A stretch of 33,228 nucleotides of DNA, taken from positions 1 to 33,228 of the forward strand of contig JAYEHE010000291.1 in NCBI GenBank assembly GCA_034659415.1, written 5' to 3'. Shown here piece after piece: positions 16,270-26,050 of the stretch. Both the position numbers and the translations under genes were made by a program. The notes beneath the pieces are model-generated. The model searched no databases and was not told the DNA's origin. It saw nothing but the letters and a program-made list of their open reading frames with translations. The stretch is from Candidatus Zixiibacteriota bacterium (lineage in GTDB: Bacteria > Zixibacteria > MSB-5A5 > GN15 > FEB-12). Position 1 is the first letter of the stretch. Each line of letters starts with the position of its first letter.

Positions 16270-18513
16270 ATGGTAACCAAACAAGATGCTCTTGATTATC
16301 ATTTTAAGGGGAAACCGGGTAAAATTGAGATCAATTCAACAAAACCCTGTAAAACCCAACTTGATTTATCATTAGCTTATACACCAGGTGTCGCAGAACC
16401 GTGTATGGAAATCCATAAAAATCCAGCTGATGTTTATAAGTACACCGCCAAAGGTAATTTGGTAGCGGTGGTTTCAAATGGTACTGCGGTTCTTGGTCTG
16501 GGGAATATTGGTGCCGCCGCTGGTAAGCCAGTTATGGAAGGAAAAGGCGTATTATTTAAAAGGTTTGCCGATATTGATGTTTTTGATATTGAACTTAATA
16601 CCGAAGATTCAGATGAAATTATCAAATGTTGTCAATTACTGGAACCTACTTTTGGAGGTATCAATCTCGAAGATATTAAGGGTCCGGAATGTTTTTATAT
16701 CGAAGAGACTCTAAAAAAGACAATGAATATTCCGGTATTTCATGACGACCAGCATGGTACGGCGATAATTTCTGCGGCGGCTTTATTGAACGCACTGGAG
16801 ATTGTCAAAAAAGATATTGATAAAATTAGAGTTGTTTATTCTGGTGCTGGTGCGGCAGGAATTGCCTGTGCAAAACTTTATTGTTCTTTAGGAGTCAAAC
16901 ATGAAAATCTTATGATGGTTGACTCAAAGGGTGTTATGTATGATGGGCGTGGTGATAAACTTAACAAATACAAAGCTGAATTTGTTCGCAAGACTGATGC
17001 TCGTACACTCGAGGATGCAATGAAAGATGCCGATGTTTTTGTGGGTGTTTCCATAAAAGATTTGGTAACAAAAAAAATGGTCAAGTCGATGGCTAAAGAC
17101 CCAATAATTTTTGCTATGGCTAATCCGGATCCGGAAATTACATATCCCGATGCCGTTGATGCCCGTAAAGATGTTATTATGGCTACCGGGCGTTCTGATT
17201 TTCCTAATCAGGTCAATAATGTTTTAGGTTTTCCATTTATTTTCAGAGGTGCGCTCGATGTTCAAGCGACAGCTATCAACGAAGAAATGAAAATTGCCGC
17301 GGTTAAAGCATTGGCTAATTTAGCTAAACAGGAAGTACCGGAAAGCGTTGCAAAAGTTTACGGGGTTGACCATTTCAAATTTGGACGGGAATATCTTATA
17401 CCCAAACCGTTTGATTCAAGAATCTTAACATGGGAAGCATCAGCTGTGGCTAAGACAGCTATGGATACCGGTATTGCCCGGAATCCTGTAGATATAGAAG
17501 AATACAAAGAGCAGTTGAGGAACCGAATAGGCGAGGGTCGAACTTTGATACGGGTAATTACTGATATTGCTCAGAGAGAACTAAAGAAAGTTGTTTATCC
17601 GGAAGGAGATTCAAGTCGAATCTTAAGAGCTGCACATATTGTTTATCGAGATAAAATTGCAGAACCAATAATCCTTGGTAACGAAAAAAATATTAAAGAT
17701 GTTGCTGATAAAAATGAAATTGATTTGACAGGAATAAAGATTGTTGACCCAATTTTATCTGATAAACGCAAAGATTATGCTTTGAAATATTATAGTAAGC
17801 GTTTACGGCGGGGAGTAACGCAAGAAAAAGCTAATTGGACTTTACGTGATAGGACATATTTTGGTTTGATGATGTTAGAGAGTGGTGATTGCGATGCATT
17901 TCTTTCTGGTGTGTTAACAGATTATCCCGCAACAATCAAGCCTGCTTTGGAAATTATTGAATTATCAGAAGGTGTTTCTAGGGTATCAGGAATGTTTGCT
18001 ATGATTCAAAAAGATAAAGTGTATATGTTTGCTGATACGACAGTAAATATAAATCCAACTGCTGAAGAACTTGCAGAAATAGCTATCTGCTCTGCAAATG
18101 AAGCTAAAAAGTATAATATTAATCCTCGTATTGCGATGCTTTCATTTTCGAATTTTGGCTCAGTTCGTTCAGATGAGTCTAGAAAAGTTGCCAAAGCTGT
18201 GAAGATTATTAAAGAGATTGCTCCAGATATAGAGGTTGAGGGTGAAATGCAAATGGATACTGCTTTGATGCCGGAATATATGGAGAGAAGATATCCATTT
18301 TCCAAAATGAGTGGACAACCTAATGTCTTTATTTTCCCAGATTTGAATTCAGGTAACATTGCTTATAAACTTGCTCAACGGTTGGGTGGTTTAGAAGCAA
18401 TTGGTCCGATTTTGATGGGATTGTCAAAACCGGTTCATGTTCTTCACCCAACTTTAGATGTTAACGAGATAGTAGAAATGACCGCAATTGCTTGTGTTGG
18501 TGCCCAGAAATGA
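16270..18513 (+). CDS. maeB: NADP-dependent malic enzyme with C-terminal phosphotransacetylase-like domain
   Basis: 747 aa. RBS aggag. [50 protein letters not shown] and GAGAAGIA, followed by a PTA-like C-terminal half. Confidence 0.92.
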   Translation: MVTKQDALDYHFKGKPGKIEINSTKPCKTQLDLSLAYTPGVAEPCMEIHKNPADVYKYTAKGNLVAVVSNGTAVLGLGNIGAAAGKPVMEGKGVLFKRFADIDVFDIELNTEDSDEIIKCCQLLEPTFGGINLEDIKGPECFYIEETLKKTMNIPVFHDDQHGTAIISAAALLNALEIVKKDIDKIRVVYSGAGAAGIACAKLYCSLGVKHENLMMVDSKGVMYDGRGDKLNKYKAEFVRKTDARTLEDAMKDADVFVGVSIKDLVTKKMVKSMAKDPIIFAMANPDPEITYPDAVDARKDVIMATGRSDFPNQVNNVLGFPFIFRGALDVQATAINEEMKIAAVKALANLAKQEVPESVAKVYGVDHFKFGREYLIPKPFDSRILTWEASAVAKTAMDTGIARNPVDIEEYKEQLRNRIGEGRTLIRVITDIAQRELKKVVYPEGDSSRILRAAHIVYRDKIAEPIILGNEKNIKDVADKNEIDLTGIKIVDPILSDKRKDYALKYYSKRLRRGVTQEKANWTLRDRTYFGLMMLESGDCDAFLSGVLTDYPATIKPALEIIELSEGVSRVSGMFAMIQKDKVYMFADTTVNINPTAEELAEIAICSANEAKKYNINPRIAMLSFSNFGSVRSDESRKVAKAVKIIKEIAPDIEVEGEMQMDTALMPEYMERRYPFSKMSGQPNVFIFPDLNSGNIAYKLAQRLGGLEAIGPILMGLSKPVHVLHPTLDVNEIVEMTAIACVGAQK

Positions 18514-18543
18514 TATAATCTTATTTTTATAAATATCTTGGAT

Positions 18544-18572
18544 AAAAAAGTGGCGAAAGCCACTTTTTTATT
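18544..18572 (+). terminator. Rho-independent terminator after maeB
   Basis: aaaaaaGTGGCgaaaGCCACtttttta: GC stem, GAAA loop, T-run. Confidence 0.75.
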
Positions 18573-18673
18573 GCCCTTTTATTTATAAAAAAGTAAATTA
18601 TGGTTAGAGTTTAACGATATAGTATATATTTGGTTCAGGGAAAGAAGTGTTGGAATTATAAGGAAGTAAAAAT

Positions 18674-19702
18674 TTGGGTTTTTTAAATCTGCTTTCAAAC
18701 GATATAGGGATTGATCTCGGTACGGCAAATACATTAGTGTATGTTCGTAATCAAGGTATTGTCTTAAATGAACCTTCGGTAGTAGCTATTGAAAAATCGA
18801 CCGGAAAACCTTTAGCTATCGGGTCAGCGGCAAAAGAAATGATGGGACGAACCCCTGGAACTATTGCCGCAATCAGACCTTTAAAAGATGGCGTTATTGC
18901 AGATTTTGCTATTGCAGAAAAATTAATTGCCGATTTTATACGTCGTGTCGTTAAAAATAAATTTTTAATGAAACCGCGAGTAGTGATTTCAGTCCCTTCC
19001 GGGATTACTGAAGTGGAAAAAAGAGCGGTGAGGGATTCTGCTGAAAACGCTGGAGCGAGAGAAGTTTATTTATTGCCGGAACCAATGGCGGCTGCTATTG
19101 GTGTCGGTTTACCGGTTGAACAACCATCGGGTTCAATGATTATCGATATTGGCGGTGGCACATCTGAGATTGCAGTTATAGCTCTAAATGGAATAGTTAA
19201 TGACACTTCTATCCGTGTAGCCGGTGACGAATTGAATGATTCTATTATTATGTACCTAAAGAAAAATTATAACTTATTAATAGGTGAGTTAACTTCCGAA
19301 GAAATTAAAATCAATATTGGTTCTGCTTATCCATTGGAAAAGGAGATTTCGATGGACATCAGAGGGCGGGATCTTGTTGCCGGAGTGCCTAAAAACCTGA
19401 AGTTATCATCGGTGCAAGTAAGAGAAGCTCTTTCAGAAACAATTGATATAATTGTAGAAGCTGTCAGGCAAGCACTTGAACAAACACCACCGGAATTAGC
19501 CTCTGATATTCTTGAGCGTGGTATAATTTTAACTGGTGGCGGAGCTTTGCTTCGCGGTCTGGACAAAAAACTTCGCCAAGAAACCAATCTTCCAGTAAAT
19601 ATTGCTGAAGACCCTTTGACCTGTGTTGTCCGTGGTACAGGTAAAGTATTGGAAAACTTTGCTTCGTATATACAGGTTCTGGAGAAGAGCAAACGGGACT
19701 AA
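18674..19702 (+). CDS. mreB: Rod shape-determining protein MreB
   Basis: [40 protein letters not shown] and [18 protein letters not shown] start. Confidence 0.93.
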   Translation: MGFLNLLSNDIGIDLGTANTLVYVRNQGIVLNEPSVVAIEKSTGKPLAIGSAAKEMMGRTPGTIAAIRPLKDGVIADFAIAEKLIADFIRRVVKNKFLMKPRVVISVPSGITEVEKRAVRDSAENAGAREVYLLPEPMAAAIGVGLPVEQPSGSMIIDIGGGTSEIAVIALNGIVNDTSIRVAGDELNDSIIMYLKKNYNLLIGELTSEEIKINIGSAYPLEKEISMDIRGRDLVAGVPKNLKLSSVQVREALSETIDIIVEAVRQALEQTPPELASDILERGIILTGGGALLRGLDKKLRQETNLPVNIAEDPLTCVVRGTGKVLENFASYIQVLEKSKRD

Positions 19703-19723
19703 TATATTATCAGATAATGATTT

Positions 19724-19760
19724 AAATCGGGAATCAAGTTTTGGTTGCCGATTTTTTTTT
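19724..19760 (+). terminator. Probable rho-independent terminator after mreB
   Basis: Imperfect hairpin aaatcgg...ccgattt with an internal aatcaa/ttggtt extension, followed by a T-run (19752..19760). Confidence 0.5.
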
Positions 19761-19824
19761 GGTTTACTTAAATATTTATTAATCCTTTTTTATATTAAAA
19801 CGGTCATAATATTAAAGAAAGAAA

Positions 19825-20394
19825 ATGGAAAGAGAAAGTAACAACAGTATTGAACAATTAGTTCAATTGGCGATAGAAGGCAATCGGGATGCTTTTTCGG
19901 AAATTATGAAATTAAATATGAATAAAATTTTTACTCTGACATATAAGATGACCGGCGATAAAGACGTTGCCAAAGATTTAACTCAGGATAGTTTTGTGAC
20001 AGCTTGGGAGAAGATAAAATCTTTTCGGGGAGAAGGTAATTTCAATGGCTGGCTTTTAAGAATTGCTTCTAATAAGGGTCTGAATTATTTAAAAAGAATC
20101 AAACAAAATGTAAGGCTTGATAATGATCAATTTGAAAATCATCTTCAACCAAATTTAAGCAACCAACCTGATACTGAAATGGAAAGAAAAGAAATGCAAA
20201 ATTCAGTTTTGTATTTTATGTCAACTCTTCCAGTTCAACAGCGGCTTGCTTTTGAACTGCGTTTTTATAAAGAACTTTCATTTAAAGAGATTGCGGAAAT
20301 TTCCGGAAATGCTATTGGAACCGTAAAAACAAATTATCGTGAAGCTGTTAAAAAATTGCGTGAGCATGCCATAGAAAAAGGATGGCGAAAATGA
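19825..20394 (+). CDS. ECF (group IV) sigma-70 family RNA polymerase sigma factor
   Basis: 189 aa. Region 2 reads DLTQDSFVTAWEKIKSFRGEGNFNGWLLRIASNKGLNYLKR. Region 4 reads LPVQQRLAFELRFYKELSFKEIAEISGNAIGTVKTNYREAVKKLR. Confidence 0.88.
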   Translation: MERESNNSIEQLVQLAIEGNRDAFSEIMKLNMNKIFTLTYKMTGDKDVAKDLTQDSFVTAWEKIKSFRGEGNFNGWLLRIASNKGLNYLKRIKQNVRLDNDQFENHLQPNLSNQPDTEMERKEMQNSVLYFMSTLPVQQRLAFELRFYKELSFKEIAEISGNAIGTVKTNYREAVKKLREHAIEKGWRK

Positions 20395-20930
20395 AATGTA
20401 ACGAAGTTAAAAATGAACTGATGCTTATTACTGATGATAAAGAACTAACATCATCTTTAAGAGAACATCTTTTGCGATGTGCAGATTGTAAAAAATATTA
20501 TGAAGAAATGCAAAATCTTTTGGAAGATTTTGGTTCAGATGATTTGTTTTCTCCTACTGATTCTGAAACTGATGCGATGATAAAAAATATTAATAATGAA
20601 ATTACTAAAAAGAAACCCACAATCATTCCTTTGCATCGATATCTCTCTATAGCGGCGGCGTTGATTCTGGTCTTGGGTGTTACATATATAGCTCGCAAGA
20701 CAGGTGAATTTGATAAATATAAACAGCCAATTTATGCCAATAGCGACAGTATTAACAGAGCAGAGAATAATTCAAATTTATTGAACGATGACTATGAGAT
20801 GTATGGTAATTATTTTGAACAGCTCAATTTAGAGAATTATGAAACTGATGAAGAATTTTTATATTATCTCAGTGATGAGGATTTTGAATATCTTGAAGAT
20901 AATTTTGACGTGAAGGAATTACTATTATGA
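20382..20930 (+). CDS. Anti-sigma factor (zf-HC2 type), single-pass membrane protein
   Basis: Overlaps the end of the sigma gene. The N-terminal C-x(25)-H-x3-C-x2-C pattern is CNEVKNEL...REHLLRCADCKKYY. One TM segment (YLSIAAALILVLGVTYIA). Confidence 0.75.
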   Translation: MAKMKCNEVKNELMLITDDKELTSSLREHLLRCADCKKYYEEMQNLLEDFGSDDLFSPTDSETDAMIKNINNEITKKKPTIIPLHRYLSIAAALILVLGVTYIARKTGEFDKYKQPIYANSDSINRAENNSNLLNDDYEMYGNYFEQLNLENYETDEEFLYYLSDEDFEYLEDNFDVKELLL

Positions 20931-21532
20931 GAATAAAAGTAACTATGTTTTTAACTATACTGATTGCATTTTTTATTAGTTTGATATCTAATGCTTCTGA
21001 ATATCGAACCAATCTATCGGATGATTCAGAAAATGTTTTGATTGCTCAGGCTGATGGGAATGATCTTGATATGGGATATCGTGGTCGCCCTCAAAAAGCA
21101 AAAGGGAAAAAGTTTAGAAGGTATGAAAAATTCAGGCAAAGAAAACTTCTGGAGCTTTTAGAATTAAATGACAATCAAAAAGATAAATTACTACCAATGA
21201 TGGAAAAAATTCGAAATGAAGGGCACCAGTTGATGGATGAAAAAATTGAATTAATTGATAATTTATCAAAGGAATTAATTCAAAGCAATCCTGATGATTT
21301 GAAAATCAATGAACATATAAATAAAATATTAGTACTAAATGAAAAACATGAAAGGATAAGAAATAAACTTCTTCAGAATGTGAAACAGTTATTATCCCCT
21401 GTTCAGGTAGGTAAGCTGATTATTTTTGAAGAAAGATTTCATCAGCGTGCAATGGAGAAAATATTTGATTCGCATCGCCGAATGGAATTTAGGCCTGATT
21501 CAGGCAGAATCAAACGTGAACGAAATAGATAG
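20927..21532 (+). CDS. Periplasmic helical protein, Spy/CpxP-like (LTXXQ-type motifs)
   Basis: ATGA start/stop overlap with the anti-sigma gene. Signal peptide present. The mature part is charged and helical, with LNDNQKDKL and LSPVQVGKL, which are degenerate LTXXQ motifs. Confidence 0.55.
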   Translation: MRIKVTMFLTILIAFFISLISNASEYRTNLSDDSENVLIAQADGNDLDMGYRGRPQKAKGKKFRRYEKFRQRKLLELLELNDNQKDKLLPMMEKIRNEGHQLMDEKIELIDNLSKELIQSNPDDLKINEHINKILVLNEKHERIRNKLLQNVKQLLSPVQVGKLIIFEERFHQRAMEKIFDSHRRMEFRPDSGRIKRERNR

Positions 21533-21566
21533 ACAAAATTAATTTTATAACTGAAAGGACAAAAAA

Positions 21567-22208
21567 ATGAAAAAAGGAATTCTTATTACAGCTTTTATTT
21601 TGATTGCTGTGGTCTCAGTAAATGCTCAGGGAAAATGGGTGGAAAAAACCGTGGATGGGGACACAATTGAGAAAGAGATGGTTATTATCAAACAGGGGGC
21701 TGGTCCCGGATTTAACAATGACCGTGCCGGTTATGGGCAGCGTGGCGGTTATGGGCAGCGTGGCGGTTATGGACAGCGTGGAGGACAAGGATTTAATGGA
21801 CGGCATGGTAATTTCGGTGATGGTCGTTTTGGTCAGGAAATGTTTCCTCTTTTAAGACATGCAGAAATGTTGGAATTGACTGACAAGCAGATTGAAAAAA
21901 TTAAAGAGATGAAATATCAGTTTGATTTGGAAAGAATTGACAAAAAAGCGGCTATTGAAAAAACTCAATTGAAACTTAACAAAATGAGAAGAGATGAAGT
22001 CTCGGAAAGCAAGGTGTTTGCGGCAATCGATGAAACCTCTAATCTTAGGGCGGAGATGAGAAAGATGCAGTATAAACATCATGAAGATGTTAAAAATCTG
22101 TTAACTGACGAACAAAAAGAAAAAATTAAGGAACTTCATAAAGGTTCGTTTGTTAAAAAAGGTAGAAATGACGGAATGAGAAAATTCGGAAAAGGACATC
22201 GGTTCTAA
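21567..22208 (+). CDS. Spy/CpxP-family periplasmic protein with a Gly/Arg-rich repeat
   Basis: Signal peptide MKKGILITAFILIAVVSVNA. LTXXQ motifs LELTDKQIEKIKEM and LLTDEQKEKIKEL. (GYGQRG)x3 repeat. Confidence 0.72.
   Translation: MKKGILITAFILIAVVSVNAQGKWVEKTVDGDTIEKEMVIIKQGAGPGFNNDRAGYGQRGGYGQRGGYGQRGGQGFNGRHGNFGDGRFGQEMFPLLRHAEMLELTDKQIEKIKEMKYQFDLERIDKKAAIEKTQLKLNKMRRDEVSESKVFAAIDETSNLRAEMRKMQYKHHEDVKNLLTDEQKEKIKELHKGSFVKKGRNDGMRKFGKGHRF
21729..21782 (+). repeat. 3 x 18-bp perfect or near-perfect tandem repeat encoding GYGQRG
   Basis: ggttatgggcagcgtggc, ggttatgggcagcgtggc, ggttatggacagcgtgga. Confidence 0.9.
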
Positions 22209-22240
22209 AAATTGTATTTTAACCTCCTAATCGCATTATT

Positions 22241-22272
22241 GGCCTCGCTTTTTAAAAGCGGGGTCTTTTTTT
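22241..22272 (+). terminator. Rho-independent terminator ending the ECF/Spy-like operon
   Basis: ggcctcgcttt-tta-aaagcggggtc stem (one G.U pair) followed by ttttttt. Confidence 0.7.
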
Positions 22273-22480
22273 GACCAATTTTGATAAAAATACAAAATTA
22301 TATTTCTTTTAATTCCTTTGGATTCTTAGAGATAGGATATTGAAAGATATATCGGAGTTTTTCAACAGTCCAAGATATAGGTAAGTCATATATTGCATCA
22401 ATAATGTAAAAAACTGCCATTCTGGCGTATTTATGCCAAAGTTGCTTGACTAATAGCCTGGATTTTCTTTAATTATAATT

Positions 22481-24625
22481 ATGTCATTATCATCAAAAGA
22501 AATATTAAAGTTTATAAAAGCTAAATCAGCTCATCCAATGAAAATGAAAGAGTTGGCAAAAGCTTTAAATATTTCCAAAAAAGATTACTCTGTTTTTCGG
22601 AATAAAGTTAAATCGTTGATTGAACAAGGGGAGTTGGTAAAACTTCGACGTGGTAAAATTGCAATCATTTCTGAGATGGATATTATTGTAGATAAAATAT
22701 CAGTAAATCGTTCAGGGGTCGGGTTTGTTCCGTCAGATAAAGATGACCAGGATATTTTAATACCCAATACAGGTTTGCATACGGCGCTAAACGGTGACAA
22801 AGTTATGATACGTTTGGGCGGTTATTCCGGAGGTAGAAAAACCGGTACAGTTATTAGAGTTGTTGAGAGACTTGACAGAAATATTGTTGGTGTTTTTCAT
22901 CGCAGTCGCAATTTTTCTTATGTAGTACCGGATGACAGAAAATTACATCGTGATATTTATATTCCTGATAAGTTTACCCAAAAAGCCAAAGAAGGTGAAA
23001 AAGTAGTTGTTTGTTTGGTTGACTGGGATGATCCGCATCTTAACCCGGAAGGAAAAATTACAGAGTGTCTTGGTTTCCCCGGTGAACCAGGTGTTGATTT
23101 ACTTACTATTATCAAAAGCCATAATCTGCCTGAAAAATTTACAGAAGATGTAATATCAGAAGCTACCCAGCTTGCTGTTATGCCTGATAAAAACAAATTG
23201 ACAGATAGAGTTGATTTAATTTCAGATGATATTTATACCATTGATCCGGCTGATGCTAAAGATTATGATGATGCGATTTCGGTGAAAAAAAATTCTAATG
23301 GATATTCACTTGGAGTTCATATTGCTGATGTTTCATATTTTGTTCCGGAGGGAAGTTTACTTGATAAGGAAGCATTAAGAAGAGGTAATTCGGTTTATCT
23401 TCCGGGAATGGTAATACCGATGCTTCCGGAAAATTTATCAAACGACATATGTTCTTTAAGGCCGAATAGGATTCGTCTGGCACATTCGGTATCAATTGAT
23501 TTTGATAAAAAGGGTAAAATGATTCGCTGGAAAATTTTTGACAGTATTATTAAGTCAAAAGCCAAGTTAAATTATGAAGAGGTTCAGGATTTTTATAATG
23601 GTAAATCTGCCGGCAAAGCTATTAAGAGAGTTGAGAAAAATCTCAAAAATGCAAGAGAGTTAGCTCAGATATTAAATAAGCGGAGATTTTCCAAAGGTTC
23701 TTTGGATTTTGATTTACCGGAAGTTAAAATAACTCTTAATAAAAAAGGGGAAGTAATTGAGTTGGGCAACAGAGTCAGGCTTGAGTCACACAGATTAGTC
23801 GAAGAATTTATGTTGGCGGCTAATAAAGCTGTTGCCAGAGAAGTTTCCAAGCTGGGTCAACAATTTCTATATAGGGTGCATGAAAAGCCATCAATTGAGA
23901 AAGCTCAGGAATTTTCTGATATGATGAAAAGGCTTGGGTATAAATTTCCTGTTTCTCCAACTATGAAACCAAAACAATTTGCTAATTTTCTTAACAGAAT
24001 AAAGGGTGTACCTGAAGAAGATTTTATTAATGAACTTATGTTGCGTTCAATGCAGAAAGCGGTATATCAGAGGAAAAATGCCGGTCATTTTGGATTATCT
24101 TTTTTACATTATAGTCATTTTACATCGCCCATAAGAAGATATCCCGATTTATTGGTTCACCGATTGTTGAGGAAATTGAAAAAAGGTCATTATCCGATTG
24201 CTTATTCGAAAAAAGTAAATTTTATCATTGATAGTGTAGGGGCACATTGTTCAGAGACAGAAAGAGTGGCAGAATCGGCAGAACGGGACGCTATTAAAGT
24301 TAAACAGGTTTCATTTATGGCTAAACATATTGGTGAAAAGTTCAGCGGAATTATTTCCGGTGTGATAGGTTACGGTTTTTTTGTAAGATTGAACAACCTT
24401 GGTGCCGAAGGAATGGTGCGGGTTTCTTCTCTTGATAATGATTATTATAATTTTGATGAAAAACAGTATCGCTTCATAGGTAAACGAACTGGACAAATTT
24501 ATCGTCTGGGAGATAAGGTTGAGGTTAAGGTTTTAAGTGTAGATAAACTTAGAGGTGAAATCAATTTTGCTCCTATAAAATCAAATTCACCGAGAAATAA
24601 AAAGAAAAAAAGACGACGAAAATAA
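22481..24625 (+). CDS. rnr: Ribonuclease R (3'-5' exoribonuclease, RNB family)
   Basis: 714 aa. N-terminal HTH/cold-shock region. RNB motifs TIDPADAKDYDDAISV, HIADVSYFV, YLPGMVIPMLPE and TSPIRRYPDLLVHR. C-terminal S1 domain (FSGIISGVIGYGFFVRL) and a Lys/Arg tail. Confidence 0.93.
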   Translation: MSLSSKEILKFIKAKSAHPMKMKELAKALNISKKDYSVFRNKVKSLIEQGELVKLRRGKIAIISEMDIIVDKISVNRSGVGFVPSDKDDQDILIPNTGLHTALNGDKVMIRLGGYSGGRKTGTVIRVVERLDRNIVGVFHRSRNFSYVVPDDRKLHRDIYIPDKFTQKAKEGEKVVVCLVDWDDPHLNPEGKITECLGFPGEPGVDLLTIIKSHNLPEKFTEDVISEATQLAVMPDKNKLTDRVDLISDDIYTIDPADAKDYDDAISVKKNSNGYSLGVHIADVSYFVPEGSLLDKEALRRGNSVYLPGMVIPMLPENLSNDICSLRPNRIRLAHSVSIDFDKKGKMIRWKIFDSIIKSKAKLNYEEVQDFYNGKSAGKAIKRVEKNLKNARELAQILNKRRFSKGSLDFDLPEVKITLNKKGEVIELGNRVRLESHRLVEEFMLAANKAVAREVSKLGQQFLYRVHEKPSIEKAQEFSDMMKRLGYKFPVSPTMKPKQFANFLNRIKGVPEEDFINELMLRSMQKAVYQRKNAGHFGLSFLHYSHFTSPIRRYPDLLVHRLLRKLKKGHYPIAYSKKVNFIIDSVGAHCSETERVAESAERDAIKVKQVSFMAKHIGEKFSGIISGVIGYGFFVRLNNLGAEGMVRVSSLDNDYYNFDEKQYRFIGKRTGQIYRLGDKVEVKVLSVDKLRGEINFAPIKSNSPRNKKKKRRRK

Positions 24626-24628
24626 TTA

Positions 24629-26047
24629 ATGCTTCAAAAAACAGCCATTCTCATTGATGAGCAAAACAAAAATTATTCTGATACTAATTGGGAAAAAATT
24701 GGCATAATTGTAACACAGATTTCCCACCTCTACCAATTGGTTAAAGAAACCAATATTGATTTGATACTGGTTGATGAATCTCACACGGAATTAAAAAAAT
24801 CGGTTGCTACCAAATTACGAAGATTTAACGGGCTGACGGAGATATGGTGGCTGAGTTCTAATAATTCTATTGATGAGAGTTATGACAGCTATATTGACGG
24901 CATTATAAATTGTAATTTGGGACAGAATGGAATTATTCAAAAGATTAAACATATTTTACATACCAAGCAACTATTAAAAAATTATGGTATTGTCAGTCGT
25001 GCACCTCAGATGAAAGTGATTGCTGAAACTATTGAAAGAATTTCTGAAACTGATATTTCTGTTTTAATTGTTGGTTCTTCCGGTTCCGGAAAAGAATTAG
25101 TAGCACGTGCTATTCATAATAATTCCATGCGTCGGGACAAATCGTTTGTGGCTGTTAATTGTGGGGCAATAGCCGAGGGAATCCTTGAGTCCGAATTGTT
25201 TGGACATGAGAAAGGAGCCTTTACCGGTTCCGTGACTAAAAGAGATGGCCTATTTCATAAAGCTGATAAAGGGACGATTTTTCTCGATGAGATTGGGGAA
25301 ACCAAACCTGAGATGCAAGTAAAATTACTGCGGGTATTAGAGGATGGAACTTACTACCCGGTAGGTTCATCGGTAGTTAAGAAAAGCGATGTCAGGATTA
25401 TTTCGGCAACTAATCGTGATTTAAGTGAAGCTATAAATGAAAAATTATTTAGAGATGATTTGTATTTTCGCATAGGAGTTGTCAAAATAATTTTACCTCC
25501 ACTGATGGAACGTAGTGGGGACATCCAGCCATTATTAAAATATTTTTGGTCAAAAGATAAATTGGATTATACCGATTCCGCATTGGATATGCTTATTAAA
25601 TATGATTGGCCTGGAAATATCAGACAGCTTAAAAATTTTACAGAAAGAATGTTAGCTTTAAAACCTAAAGGCACGGTTGATGTCGAAGATGTTGAGATGT
25701 TTTTGGAGGAGCAATATAAAAGTGCTACCCACCTTCCGGTTGCAACCGGAAAGACAGTGGAAGAAGCAGGTCAGGAATTGATATATCGGGCAATTATATC
25801 AATGGGTAATGAAATTAAAATGTTGCGAGAGTTAATTGTGACACATCTGCCAGGTGAATTGGAGACAAACAATATCTCCGATTCTTCGGATTTGCTCAAA
25901 GAAAGTGAATCAATGGAAGAGATGGAAAAGAAAATGATTGATAAAGTGCTTGAGCAAACCGGTGGAAATCGTAAAGAAGCCGCAGAGCTTTTGGGGATTG
26001 GTGAAAGAACTTTATATAGAAAATTAAGTAAGTATAAATTAAGATAA
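24629..26047 (+). CDS. Sigma-54-dependent transcriptional activator (bEBP) with a divergent receiver-like N-terminal domain and a Fis-type HTH
   Basis: Walker A GSSGSGKE. Sigma-54 contact loop EKGAFTGS. Walker B GTIFLDEIGE. ISATNRDL, WPGNIRQL, and C-terminal GGNRKEAAELLGIGERTLYRKL. Confidence 0.9.
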   Translation: MLQKTAILIDEQNKNYSDTNWEKIGIIVTQISHLYQLVKETNIDLILVDESHTELKKSVATKLRRFNGLTEIWWLSSNNSIDESYDSYIDGIINCNLGQNGIIQKIKHILHTKQLLKNYGIVSRAPQMKVIAETIERISETDISVLIVGSSGSGKELVARAIHNNSMRRDKSFVAVNCGAIAEGILESELFGHEKGAFTGSVTKRDGLFHKADKGTIFLDEIGETKPEMQVKLLRVLEDGTYYPVGSSVVKKSDVRIISATNRDLSEAINEKLFRDDLYFRIGVVKIILPPLMERSGDIQPLLKYFWSKDKLDYTDSALDMLIKYDWPGNIRQLKNFTERMLALKPKGTVDVEDVEMFLEEQYKSATHLPVATGKTVEEAGQELIYRAIISMGNEIKMLRELIVTHLPGELETNNISDSSDLLKESESMEEMEKKMIDKVLEQTGGNRKEAAELLGIGERTLYRKLSKYKLR

Positions 26048-26050
26048 CTT

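Noticed and set aside
22423-22436. Sigma-54 -24/-12-like sequence TGGCGTATTTATGC upstream of rnr
   Set aside because: The spacing between the GG and GC elements is one nucleotide shorter than the consensus TGGCAC-N5-TTGC, and the -12 element is weak. rnr is also an unlikely sigma-54 target. A sigma-70-like TTGACT...TATAAT lies just downstream.
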